From: Candidatus Poribacteria bacterium
GTDB taxonomy: Bacteria; Poribacteria; WGA-4E; PCPOR2b
Length of the DNA stretch: 64,000 bases
NCBI GenBank assembly: GCA_965218095.1
Contig: OZ244587.1
Span: 2,816,001 to 2,880,000, forward strand
Direction of reading: 5' to 3'
Shown: positions 32,708 to 43,057 of the stretch, in pieces
Layout of the letters: each line of letters opens with the position of its first letter
Numbering within the stretch: the stretch's first letter is position 1
Translations under genes and position numbers: made by a program
Notes under the pieces: generated by a model
The model's database searches: none
What the model saw: only the letters and a program-made list of their open reading frames with translations
Told to the model about the DNA's origin: nothing

Positions 32708-33601
32708 TTATTCCTCACTGGATGCCACCCGCTCAAACCGCTGTCTAATTTCTGCCAGCATATCTTCAGGCAACCGGCCGCGTTCAACGGCGGCAAAGTT
32801 GGACTCGAAGTGGTCAATGTTGGTGGTGCCGACAATGGCGGTGTGAACGTTGGCGTCGCACAACAGCCACCGCTGCGCAACTTCGACCTGGGGGAGATTG
32901 CCCACGACTTTGGGCGCTAAAATCGTCTGGGCGTGGTCCCAAGCGACGCTACCGTCGGTGGGACGTGGTTTTTCATAGATGGCATTGACGATGGGCTCTT
33001 TGATGATGATACCCATATCCTTCTTGCGAGCGGCGGCAATAATGTCGGCAGGTTCCTGCCGAAGGACGTTGTAGGTGAGTTGTAGCGTGTCGTATTCGCC
33101 AATCTCAATCGCCTTGTGCGCCACGTCGCCGTCTGCTGACAGACTGATAAAGCGCACCTTGCCCTCAGCCTGCGCTTTCTTCAATCCCTCCAAGCCGTCG
33201 CCAAATGCCACATCGTCGTACTTGGGGCTATGCAGTTGGATGATGTCAATGTAGTCCGTCTTCAACCGCTGGAGACTGCGGTCAATCTGCGGTGCAATGG
33301 CTTTCGCTGAATAGTCCAGCGTTTGCACCCATTCGCCGTTTGGCTGAAGCACACGCCACGAGCCACACTTGGTGGCAAAGAAAAACTCGTCGCGGCGGTG
33401 TCTCACATACTTGGCAATAAGTTCCTCACTCCACCGATACGCCGCTGAGGAATCGATAAAATTGATGCCGAGATCGAGGGCGCGGTTGAGCAGCTGTCCC
33501 ACTTCATTTCCCTCCTCCGGGCGCGTCCAGCCGATTTCCCACGCCCCGAAACCGAGTCCTGAGACTTTCAACCCCGTCCGTCCAAGCGTCCGATATTCCA
33601 T
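32708..33601 (-). CDS. Aldo/keto reductase
   Basis: MEYRTLGRTGLKVS.LGFG, GINFIDS..Y, SLQRLKTDYID...H. Confidence 0.93.
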   Translation of the reverse strand: MEYRTLGRTGLKVSGLGFGAWEIGWTRPEEGNEVGQLLNRALDLGINFIDSSAAYRWSEELIAKYVRHRRDEFFFATKCGSWRVLQPNGEWVQTLDYSAKAIAPQIDRSLQRLKTDYIDIIQLHSPKYDDVAFGDGLEGLKKAQAEGKVRFISLSADGDVAHKAIEIGEYDTLQLTYNVLRQEPADIIAAARKKDMGIIIKEPIVNAIYEKPRPTDGSVAWDHAQTILAPKVVGNLPQVEVAQRWLLCDANVHTAIVGTTNIDHFESNFAAVERGRLPEDMLAEIRQRFERVASSEE

Positions 33602-33868
33602 AGTGTTTTCCTCCTATCCAATTTTTGCACAAAGCTACAAACTGGGTGTTACCGAACGCGTTCGTGCAAAACGATACCTTCATAAGAAAAAACGAGCCCC
33701 CGAATTCATTCGCCTGCTTGTGCAACGGCAGCAGATAGGGTCAATCCGCAATTGACTGACCAGCCCTCAGTTAAATTTGGGTATTATACGAGTTTTTCAC
33801 TTAGCGGTTAGAGCCAGGATATGCCTGATTTTCCCCTACAACTGAAAAAATCGTATTAACCTTTGGTG

Positions 33869-34710
33869 CTAGGTTCTGTTGACATTTGAGTATAAGGTTG
33901 TGGCATAATAGAAGAATGATGCCAATAACCTTACCCGATGACCAATGGAAAAAGATATACTCGTTTCTTCTAACTTGTCCCACCATCTATGTTGGCAACG
34001 AAGCGACAACACGCCGCTTTATCGAAGCTGTTCTCTGGGCGACCCGTAACGGGGCTCAATGGAGACTTCTGCCAGACACCTATGGTAAATGGAACACCCT
34101 CTATAAGCGTTTTGCTCGGTGGTGCGACAAAGGTATCTTCACACAGATCCACCCCCACTTCGCCGCCGACCCCGATATCGAGTCGCTTATTGTGGACAGT
34201 ACAATCATTCGAGCGCACCCGTGTGCGGCGGGCGCCTTAAAAAGCTGGCGCCTTAAAAAAAAGGGTGGCACTGAAAACCAAGCGTTAGGCTGCTCTCGCG
34301 GGGGATTCAGTACAAAAATTCACATCACAGTTGACGGCCTGGGTAATCCCCTAAGAATACATCTGACGCCCGGTCAAAGAAACGACATAGCGGAAGCAGA
34401 AGGGTTGATACTTGGATATAAAAGCGAGTATGTGATTGGAGACAAGGGATATGACTCCGACAATTTTATCGCGGTTATTGAGGCGAATGGAGCGATTGCG
34501 GTGATACCGCCCAAAAGTCATCGTGTGGATCAAAGAGATTACGACAAACATCTGTACAAAGAGAGACATCGGGTTGAATGTTTCATCAACAAGATAAAAT
34601 GGTATCGTCGTATCTTCTCTCGGTTTGAGAAGCTAGCTGTCCGTTATTTTGGATTTCTCAGCTTTGTCTCCACTCTTATATGGCTCCCTTGAAATGTCAA
34701 CAGAACCTAG
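33869..34710 (+). mobile_element. IS5-family (IS427-like) insertion sequence
   Basis: Perfect ends CTAGGTTCTGTTGACATTT (33869-33887) and AAATGTCAACAGAACCTAG (34692-34710), including the duplicated TA/CTAG target. Confidence 0.92.
33916..34692 (+). CDS. IS5-family transposase (single fused ORF)
   Basis: GAQWRLLP..YGKW, VDSTIIRAH, SRGGFSTKIH, GDKGYDS, YKERHRVECF. Confidence 0.92.
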   Translation: MMPITLPDDQWKKIYSFLLTCPTIYVGNEATTRRFIEAVLWATRNGAQWRLLPDTYGKWNTLYKRFARWCDKGIFTQIHPHFAADPDIESLIVDSTIIRAHPCAAGALKSWRLKKKGGTENQALGCSRGGFSTKIHITVDGLGNPLRIHLTPGQRNDIAEAEGLILGYKSEYVIGDKGYDSDNFIAVIEANGAIAVIPPKSHRVDQRDYDKHLYKERHRVECFINKIKWYRRIFSRFEKLAVRYFGFLSFVSTLIWLP

Positions 34711-34891
34711 CACCATTGGTTAATAAAATGCATTCAGAAAAAGCCACAATATCATAACACAGGAAGCGATTGAAAATTTCAAGGACCGAAACTTGTTACC
34801 CTTTACCAATCCACAAACTGAACTGACGGCAAAACTAAACATCATATTATCCTCCTCAGAATTTTAAGCACCTCAACTTCGTGCAGTGAAG

Positions 34892-35003
34892 CTAGGTTCT
34901 GTTAACATTTCATCGTAGTCAAGTAAGGGGGAGGTTGCCCACCCCTACGGATGCCGTGTCTCGAATTACGCACATGCCTCACATAAATGTCAACACATCC
35001 CAA
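34892..35003. mobile_element. MITE with IS5-type ends (copy 1)
   Basis: CTAGGTTCTGTTAACATTT at 34892 and degenerate AAATGTCAACACATCCCA at 34985. Confidence 0.7.
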
Positions 35004-35118
35004 CACTTTAGTCTCATTTGGAAACACCCGAATCAAATAGTAGATGATTATAAAAATAGATTTCGATGGCATTGGAAAACCAATCAACACCGACCCATTG
35101 ATATTGACTCAAACTGCA

Positions 35119-35940
35119 TCAATGTCCACTACGCTCGCGAATTACTCCTGTTTCTGCGTCAACTACTGCGTGTGCACTCAAGCCTAGATCGCCCGTCTGA
35201 TACTTAAACGGAGGAACGACTTGAGGAGGCTCAACCGGAACTTTTATAGGGAGAGGAGGAGGATTGGGAGAAGGAGAAGGATTACCTCCGTAAAGGACAA
35301 TATACCATACGGGCCACAATTCTTCCTTTCCGCCTCGAATCTGTTTGTAGTAAACATAGAAACCCTCAATGTTTTTAGTACGGGGATCAAAGCCAGATTT
35401 CTTAATCCACTTCTCATACGCTTCAAAAAAACTTAACTTGGGAAATTTCTCAGGCACCATATTTGTGATAGATTCCTTTTCCCGCAGAGTTCCCTTCATC
35501 TTCAGATACATACCTCGCCTGCGTACACTCTCTTGATATTTCGGATCTATCCCGGACATCCACTGGGAGACGATTTTTAGAACAGCTCCAGTTTCGGGTT
35601 CAACGAACACATCAAATGCACTGATATAGGAGTGCGGCTTCAGTCTTTCACCGTTTCCCATCATGACGTTTGTATACGAAACTTTCCAGAGAGGCTGATT
35701 CTCAATTTTATGATACAAATGAGAATAATCTTCTTCGATCACAACTCGCTGTACTGTAATAACAACATCAGCAAACTTAGGCAGCTGGTCTAATCCTGAA
35801 AAGCGGTTGGCAATCTCAAGAACAGCCCGATGATCCCGAATAGGCAATTCATGGCTCTTGCTGAACGCCGTTCCGCATAGCAACTGTGCTAATACTGCAA
35901 CTCCTAGCATGAAACTTGGATATACACAACGATTATTCAT
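35119..35940 (-). CDS. Secreted hypothetical protein with two PepSY-like repeats
   Basis: Signal peptide; W.V...VFVEPETGAVL and PVWYIV...VVDAETGVI. Confidence 0.55.
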   Translation of the reverse strand: MNNRCVYPSFMLGVAVLAQLLCGTAFSKSHELPIRDHRAVLEIANRFSGLDQLPKFADVVITVQRVVIEEDYSHLYHKIENQPLWKVSYTNVMMGNGERLKPHSYISAFDVFVEPETGAVLKIVSQWMSGIDPKYQESVRRRGMYLKMKGTLREKESITNMVPEKFPKLSFFEAYEKWIKKSGFDPRTKNIEGFYVYYKQIRGGKEELWPVWYIVLYGGNPSPSPNPPPLPIKVPVEPPQVVPPFKYQTGDLGLSAHAVVDAETGVIRERSGH

Positions 35941-36180
35941 GATGCGACCTCCTGATTTAGGGTGTATTTGACTCACTAAGATCCATTATATTCGACCACT
36001 TTATCGTATTGAAGTTGCCACCTATAAGCCCACCAAGGGAAAATGGGAGCTGGCAACTGACCCCGGATTCCGACCTCGATCCCCCGAGTTCCGAATGGCA
36101 AAGCCGAATACCCTATCACCCAAACTCGACCAACTCCAACTTTGAGCCCGGTCTACAAATGCCAACGGTTCTTGGATCGG

Positions 36181-36684
36181 TTACTCGGGCGGTACGAATT
36201 TGATTGCACCTGATTTTGTCAGTTCGTCTAGCTTTGCTGAAAGATTTTCAACCTGCCATCTGAGCACGGGTAAGGGCCAGGTTGCCAGTTTCTCCTGTTG
36301 CTCCGGGTCATCAAAACCGATTTCCGCTAACTTGTCCAGTAACCATTGTCTCTCAAGTTCATCGCTTAGCTCTTCCCACATTTCCTCTGTTGCTTGGGAT
36401 GTTATCTTCGGCTCGCCCGTGCTGGTGGAATTTGAGTCAATTGACGGTGACGCTTGTGCCTGATTCTCCAATTCTGGCGAATCACGGAGGGCAGGCGGTT
36501 TCTCTTGAGAATCTATGGTCTGTTTCCCTAATGACGGGTCTCGATCAGGAGACATATAAATCTTGTGGGTGGAGTTTTCCTGAATGGGGCTAATTGGAGA
36601 ATGCAACAGAACAATACCGCCACCTAACACCATCAATACCGCTATTACAGTCACCACTGTTTTGGGAGAGATCTTTTTTTTCAT
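36181..36684 (-). CDS. Hypothetical membrane-anchored protein
   Basis: MKKK + hydrophobic helix, low-complexity linker, helical C-terminus. Confidence 0.6.
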   Translation of the reverse strand: MKKKISPKTVVTVIAVLMVLGGGIVLLHSPISPIQENSTHKIYMSPDRDPSLGKQTIDSQEKPPALRDSPELENQAQASPSIDSNSTSTGEPKITSQATEEMWEELSDELERQWLLDKLAEIGFDDPEQQEKLATWPLPVLRWQVENLSAKLDELTKSGAIKFVPPE

Positions 36685-36805
36685 CGTTTCCTCAACTGGA
36701 ATAGCTGAATATCTACGATGGCAGTTTAATAGAAGCCACCTTATCGACGAAATGAGCAAACGACACAAAGAAGACCAAAGCGCATCTGGCATTCAACCTC
36801 AGCTA

Positions 36806-37633
36806 CTAATTAGCCGAACTCCACATTTTTACCTTATTGCCGTTTGACGAATACTCAAAATTAGAATCATTGCCACTTACGGGTGAAAATTGATCTCCGG
36901 GTATAGTCTTGACGTTCCCTGTTGATGTCCCCCGGTATTTGGTTGCACCAAATTCAAAGGGATCGCTGCTAGTCCCCGGCAGTTCAATGGTAGAATTCGT
37001 ATCCCAAAAAGCTTCAATCTGCTCGTGAATCCAGTAAATCTCGGTATTGTCGGTCCAGTTAAAACTAGGTGCACCGGAACCGGTCCAAGCGGAACTATTC
37101 TTATCCCACGTTATTGATTCGGAATTACTACCAAAATGGAAGTCAACGCTTTGTCCGTTTGGAGTCATCTTAAAAACCGTGTTGTCGGTGACAGTATGAC
37201 TGTAGGTCTGAAGTAAACTTCCTTTTAAAGGACCACTGCGGTAACCGAGTTCAGCGAAAACTTTACCATCGCTATCTACCCCAATCTGATACCAAACCGT
37301 CGTAGTAGTTGCCCCACTGCCAACTGTGCTGACAGCGAGCAACCCCGCAGCTTTGCCTGCCGCAGAATCATTCCCAGGAACCGCACCCCAGGTGCCCTTT
37401 TTTATTTTGGTTTCGACATAACTTATCTCTTTCTTCACTCCCACAGTAGGAACTCCCACTGACTTACGTAATACCCCAAGTTTGTTGCCTGCTGCCTCGA
37501 TACTGCTGAAAAAGTTAGTTGTCCCCATAAAAAGGAGCAGCATAATCATACTAACCGCAATTGAAGCGGTTAGAGATCGAACCTTACGACCTGTTATCAA
37601 ACCATGACCGAAATTACTCAATAACCTTGGCAT
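36806..37633 (-). CDS. Secreted beta-rich hypothetical protein (possible glutamic peptidase G1/neprosin-like fold)
   Basis: AAGGAGG RBS, signal/TM segment, WYQIG and WIHEQIE...LPGT motifs. Confidence 0.5.
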   Translation of the reverse strand: MPRLLSNFGHGLITGRKVRSLTASIAVSMIMLLLFMGTTNFFSSIEAAGNKLGVLRKSVGVPTVGVKKEISYVETKIKKGTWGAVPGNDSAAGKAAGLLAVSTVGSGATTTTVWYQIGVDSDGKVFAELGYRSGPLKGSLLQTYSHTVTDNTVFKMTPNGQSVDFHFGSNSESITWDKNSSAWTGSGAPSFNWTDNTEIYWIHEQIEAFWDTNSTIELPGTSSDPFEFGATKYRGTSTGNVKTIPGDQFSPVSGNDSNFEYSSNGNKVKMWSSAN

Positions 37634-37744
37634 ACCAGCCTCCTTAGGATTTGTTAAGTTCCAAAACATAGAAATTTCTAAACCGTCCCTGTTTCCTATT
37701 ATTAAAACAGGCCGGGTCGAGGAATTTCATCTCGACCTCCAGAT

Positions 37745-37883
37745 TAGGGCGTGTTGACATTTCGCGCGAATTCGGCAAACGTTGTAATCATCGTGCAACC
37801 CGCCAAAAACCCAGGCTGTTGTCCTAAATCGCCTCAAGGTGCATCAGGATTGGTTCAATCCGTCAAATGTCAACAGAACCTAG
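37745..37883. mobile_element. MITE with IS5-type ends (copy 2, opposite orientation)
   Basis: TAGGGCGTGTTGACATTT at 37745 and AAATGTCAACAGAACCTAG at 37865-37883. Confidence 0.8.
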
Positions 37884-37953
37884 AACTTTGTGAAAAACAT
37901 TTATTGGTGCCCAAATATCGGCATTAGTGCAGATGCAATCCCTTTCTCTGAAA

Positions 37954-38799
37954 CTACGGGGAAACCGACTGGACGCAACGAAAACCAAAGTTATAAACAT
38001 TGCGACTTGGCTTCTGAGCGAAGCCCTGTCGGTGTGCACACCTAAACCAATTCGCTATCTCATACCAAGACCCGCCACGCACGACACGCCGACTATGAAA
38101 TCCTGAAGAAGGGCCTTTCGGGCTCCGTTTTGGGGAGTTTTGATAGTAATCTGGACGATACCAATCATAGCACCATTCCTCGACATTTCCCTCCATGTCG
38201 TAAAGCCCATAGCCGTTTGGCGGATAGCTCCCTACAGGCGTTGGGTGCCCAACGTTGTTATTGTAGTTTGTCTTCGTTTCGTTAGGGGGGTCATCTCCCC
38301 ACGGGTATTTCTTTCCTTCCAAACCACCCCGCACGGCTTTTTCCCACTCCGCTTCGGTTGGTAGGCGCTTTCCAGCCCACTCGCAATACTTCACCGCTGA
38401 CCCCCATGCAACGCCTATAGCCGGTTGATTGGGTTGGCCAAATCCGGGAAGTTCCAGGCTCCAATGATCCCGTTTACCACGTCCCGTTGCATCTAGGAAC
38501 TTTTGGTACTGCACATTCGTCACTTCGTAGATATCCATGTAAAACGCATCCACGTAGACGGTGTGGACGGGTTTTTCGTCATCTTCCCCCTCGTCACTAC
38601 CCATTTGGAACTCGCCGGCAGGAATCAGCACCATCGGTGTGCCATCTTTACCCGTGATGCGTTTCGGAATCTTCCCCTGCGCCGATTCGCTCTGAGGCTC
38701 TGTCCCTTCATCGGAACTGAGCACCATCGTCAGGAAAATTGAGAAAAACAGAAAAATCAATGAACACAAAGAAATGGCTAAGATACTTTTGTCTTTCAT
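37954..38799 (-). CDS. Formylglycine-generating enzyme (SUMF1/FGE-sulfatase) domain protein, secreted or anchored
   Basis: [46 protein letters not shown]. Confidence 0.92.
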   Translation of the reverse strand: MKDKSILAISLCSLIFLFFSIFLTMVLSSDEGTEPQSESAQGKIPKRITGKDGTPMVLIPAGEFQMGSDEGEDDEKPVHTVYVDAFYMDIYEVTNVQYQKFLDATGRGKRDHWSLELPGFGQPNQPAIGVAWGSAVKYCEWAGKRLPTEAEWEKAVRGGLEGKKYPWGDDPPNETKTNYNNNVGHPTPVGSYPPNGYGLYDMEGNVEEWCYDWYRPDYYQNSPKRSPKGPSSGFHSRRVVRGGSWYEIANWFRCAHRQGFAQKPSRNVYNFGFRCVQSVSP

Positions 38800-38898
38800 G
38801 GTAAACACCCTCCTCTTAGGTTTCGCATCGTCCCAACATGGAAACTATGCCATCTTTAAGCTTTTCTTTCAGAATATCCATTATATGATAGTATATCA

Positions 38899-39840
38899 AC
38901 CAATGGTGCTAGTTTGGAATTTGGTGGAAGTCAATGGGCATAACAGAACACCCTGGCTTCGCTTTGGTCCTCGCTGGATTGAGGTCATGAGACGATTTCC
39001 TTGATTCTACCGTTAATCCAAGTGTTAGACAATTCTTGATTAACGGGAGGAAATCCAGACTCATGCCCCTTATAGATTTTATCACACAACACCAGAAAAA
39101 CCAAAAGCATACCCAAGCCAATCTCTATCCCTCTGAAGTGGTAACCCTCGCCTTACTTTTTGCACTCAAAGGCGTTGGCAACCGAGCCTTCTACCGCTGG
39201 ATAGAAAACAATTACAAACCCTGGTTCCCCAATTTACCCGAGCGAACCCGCTTGTTTCGCTTGTTCAACAATCATCAACATCTGACTGATATTTTCATGG
39301 CAAATCCTTCACTCATCGGCGTGATTGACACTTATGGTATCGAACTGATTCACCCCCGCCGAGAATGTCGTTCTGAGCAGCAAATGGGCCGGAAAGGGAT
39401 ATCCAACCAACGCTGGATTGTGGGGGGGAAGCTTTGTCTGCTGCTCAATCATCTTGGACTAATTGTCGACTGGGATTGTGATACTGCCAATGTGCACGAC
39501 GGTAGTCGCTTCCAACATCTTGTTGATGGGGTCTGTGACCAGATGGTTGTTTTGCCGATGAAGGGTTTGCCAAGGTCGATTGGTTTCCTTCCAACTTGCG
39601 TCTGTGCCGACGAGGGGAATGGAATTGTCGGATGCTGGTAGAAACTGTTTTGTCGATGTTGACGGTGGTGTGCCACTTTAAGAAAGTGATGCATCGTTGT
39701 TGGGCCTATTTCAAAACACGCCTCGCTTTCACGATGGCGTTGTTTAATCTCTTGGTGCAGTGGAATGGCTTTGAGGCTGACGCAGATGGGTTTATGCCTT
39801 TATCTATTGCTCAATTTAGTCTCTAACTAGCACCAAAGGT
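38899..39840 (+). mobile_element. IS982-like insertion sequence (defective)
   Basis: 16-bp TIRs ACCAATGGTGCTAGTT / AACTAGCACCAAAGGT, 942 bp long; no clear target duplication. Confidence 0.75.
39063..39826 (+). pseudogene. DDE transposase pseudogene (IS982-like)
   Basis: LYPSEVVTL, LPERTRLFR, IDTYGIELIHP, ANVHD; 1-nt loss in T-run ~39552 breaks the ADEGF motif; continues as RMLVETVLS. Confidence 0.85.
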
Positions 39841-40182
39841 TATTATACATTGTAACAGATTACACGCCCTAAGGCGGCCTTTTTTTCGTGTTTTTGAGTC
39901 AAATCTCCAAAAATAGTAGGGATGATGTACTATCACTAAATGTGTGGTGCACTCTGGGGGTGGTAGTGGCTTCATCAGCCGAGAACGTATTGCGTAATAC
40001 CATTTTGGGTTAGTAATGAGATAGAAATTCCCCACGCAGTATTCGCTTGATTGTGATGGCTTCGTGTGTTAAGATATACAATCATATTATCCTTTATCTT
40101 CCTGTTCAGAATTCATTTTGTTGTTGTATACGGACACGAAATTATTTACAAACAAAATCGGTATTAGAAGGAAGAGACTCGG

Positions 40183-41997
40183 ATGAAACTACTAACATAC
40201 CTTGAGGAAAGCACATTTCGCATCGGGATTCTGACCGTTCGACCGGACACATCGGAGCCAGTTGTCATCGACATCCATGATGCAGTTTCTCTGCTTGAGC
40301 AGCAGGCCCATCGTATTTATTGGCGCACACCGTGGAAGGGACCGTGGGGAACCCTGACAGCCCCATCAGACATGCTCGATATTCTTGGCTACGGCCGCCA
40401 GGCAGTCATTGCCCTGGAGGACTTAGAGCGAACGCTCTGGAACCTTGCCCGCACGGTGGATGGCGCCTGGGTCGACACAGTGCTCAATACCCCTGAAGGG
40501 ATCCACTGGCAGCCACCCATCCCCGAACCCCCTTTCTACCCCTTCATCAGTGGAAACACCCAGGTGATGGCCCATCAGCGTACTCCTGTTCCACCGTGGC
40601 AGGTGCCTGCGACACGCCTGCGGCCGATCACCGCGATCATCGGGCACAAAGAACCCCTCTATGCCGATGAGAACGATAACGTGAGTTCCGATATGGAGTT
40701 GGGCATCGTAATTGGGCCAGAGGCGAAAAACGTCGGGGCAGACACCGCGATGGACTATGTCTTTGGCTATACCATTTGCAACGATACGCGGAACCCCATC
40801 TACGGGGCGAAGACGGCGCCATTTGGATCCGTCACTGGCGTCCGCATGGGGGGAATTGCTACTTGTGACAAAGGAGGGGATGGGTGCGGGCCAATCGGAC
40901 CGGTCATCACCACCGCCGATGAGGTGGGGAGTCCACACGATCTGGAGGCTACAGCCTGGTTCAACGGGAAGCTGCGCGTGCAAGCGCACACGAGTGCCTA
41001 CTACTATAACGTCCGGGATGTGGTCGCCCATTTTGCTCAACTGATGACCCTGCCCGCTGGCGCCATCATCGGTATGGGCGCCTGTGGCTACGATGGCCAT
41101 GCGGTACACGGCGCCTTCCGGCAACCGGGGCATAACGTGGCTGCGGTGGAATTCGACCGGGTAGGACGATTGGAACACCCGGTGGCCTACGTGGATGATC
41201 CGGAGCGGCAAGCGGCGGGCAAACAGAGCCGGTATCTTGCCCGCCGGGAGAAGTTGGGGTTAGGAGGCGTGGCGCAGCCAGATCTCACCCCGAGCGACAT
41301 CCCGGCGATCACGCGCAGCTTCTAGGCGCTCTCCGACAATGTTGGCAGCACACCGCTGCATAAGCTGCCAGCGCCGCATCTGTATCCACGTCACAGCCTT
41401 GCCGGGACCGATACCCTCTTGATTCTACCTCAACATGCACGGCGGTTGGAGATTAGTTGCGAACTGGCGGGCATCATCGGGCCACAACCTGTCTACCGGC
41501 CGCCACTGGCGGATATACCGGCGCTTCTGCTCGGGTTCGGTGTCATCATCTCTGTGATGGATATGTCGATGGTCGACTCCTTTCCTGGGGTGAAGACAGA
41601 CGGGGTCATCCGGTTTGCGACCTATCAGTGTCGCTACTCGGATGGGTGCAGCCGGATTGGAGGGGGCACCCCGATTGCCGGTGGGAGTGCGGCGCTGGCT
41701 GGTGCAACGATGGCCCTGCAGGTAGGGGACGCCTCCGGTGAGACGCAGTTAGTCGGTGAATACGGGACCTCGGTCGAAGAGGCGATTGCCTGGATCGCTG
41801 ATGGTATCACCCTTCTGCCGGGGGATGTGGTATCGCTCGGTCCAAGTAAGGCGACGCTAACCATCCCGGCTGAAGATCGGCTGGCTCCCGGCACCACGGT
41901 CGTGGCGTCTATCGCTGGGATAGGGGAGATTCAGGTAGAGTTGGTCGATCAGCGCGACTTGAGCATCAAGCCATGGCCATGGCCGTTAATACCTTGA
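40183..41997 (+). pseudogene. Two-domain fumarylacetoacetate hydrolase family gene interrupted by an in-frame TAG
   Basis: ELGIVIG, DYVFGYTICND, PIGP in part 1; ELAGIIG, TLLPGDVVSLG in part 2; both ORFs share a frame with only TAG 41323-41325 between them. Confidence 0.75.
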
Positions 41998-42128
41998 TGA
42001 TGATGCGCCGGACCTGTGGTTCCAGCAACCAATGAGATTCACTTATCAAACAACCGGGAGTTACGCACTTCATGAAGAAGCCGAGATCAACCGCGTAACT
42101 CCTAACAACAATGAAGGAGAAGTCAATT

Positions 42129-43010
42129 ATGGGACACAAGTATTCCGTAATTCTTTGCACCCTGGCTGGGAGCGGAGGCGACGTTTGGGAGAAACCGCGT
42201 GAGGTGCTTGAGACGATTGCCGGTGCGGGTTATGATGCCGTTGACATGGATGCAGAGCCGGACAAAATAGACCCACGGCGGTTCAAGGAAGTCACAGACA
42301 TCGCCTTCTCCCTTGGTCTGAAAATACCAGCACTCATCGGTGCCTGGGCCACTTGGCACGCCGGAGAAGGCAGAGACCTGGCATCGAGCGACGATTCAGT
42401 ACGAAGCCATGCCGTAAACTATGCCAAAAAGTGCATTAATCTGGCTGCCAGTTTTGATGAACCACCCCTATTTGAAATTGTCCCCTGTCCTGTTCAACCG
42501 GAGTACCCGGTTTCCAGTGTGCCACGCGACATCCTCAGGCACAACTTCATGAAAGCTGCCACAGAGATTGTCGCATACGCCGGGGATAGAAACGTCTCCG
42601 TGGCAATCGAGCCCGTCAACAGGTTTGAGGCCCATGCGGGCTTCTTAAATAGCATCGAGGAGGCCATGAGCATCGTCGAAGAGATCGGCGCAAAAAACCT
42701 GGGTGTGCTCGCCGACTTCTTCCATGTCAATATCGAAGATGCGGCGCTCACTGATGCGTTGAGGCTGGCGGGCAGTCGGCTGATGCACATCCACTTGGCC
42801 GATAGCAACAGACAGGCGCCCGGCACCGGGCATATTGATTTTTTACAGGTGATTCGAGTGCTGAACGCCATCAATTTTACGGGCTACATGTCCCTCGACA
42901 GCGTGCCGGCCAAACCGGATTGGAAAACATTAGTAGAGGAATCCATCCGCTTCATGAAGCAGATGGAGCAGACAGCAGCGTTGCAGCAGAGCATCGCCGA
43001 GATGCACTAA
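42129..43010 (+). CDS. Sugar phosphate isomerase/epimerase (tagatose 3-epimerase-like TIM barrel)
   Basis: IEPVNRFE, DFFHVNIE, HIHLADSNR..PGTGHIDF. Confidence 0.9.
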   Translation: MGHKYSVILCTLAGSGGDVWEKPREVLETIAGAGYDAVDMDAEPDKIDPRRFKEVTDIAFSLGLKIPALIGAWATWHAGEGRDLASSDDSVRSHAVNYAKKCINLAASFDEPPLFEIVPCPVQPEYPVSSVPRDILRHNFMKAATEIVAYAGDRNVSVAIEPVNRFEAHAGFLNSIEEAMSIVEEIGAKNLGVLADFFHVNIEDAALTDALRLAGSRLMHIHLADSNRQAPGTGHIDFLQVIRVLNAINFTGYMSLDSVPAKPDWKTLVEESIRFMKQMEQTAALQQSIAEMH

Positions 43011-43057
43011 TACCGATCTAGGATTGAAATTCCGATAATGAGCGAAAGGAGGATTTT

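Noticed and set aside
41323-41325. Pyrrolysine or genome-wide amber recoding
   Set aside because: TAG terminates normal genes here (res, FAD oxidoreductase), no pyl genes in the window, and another split gene uses TAA
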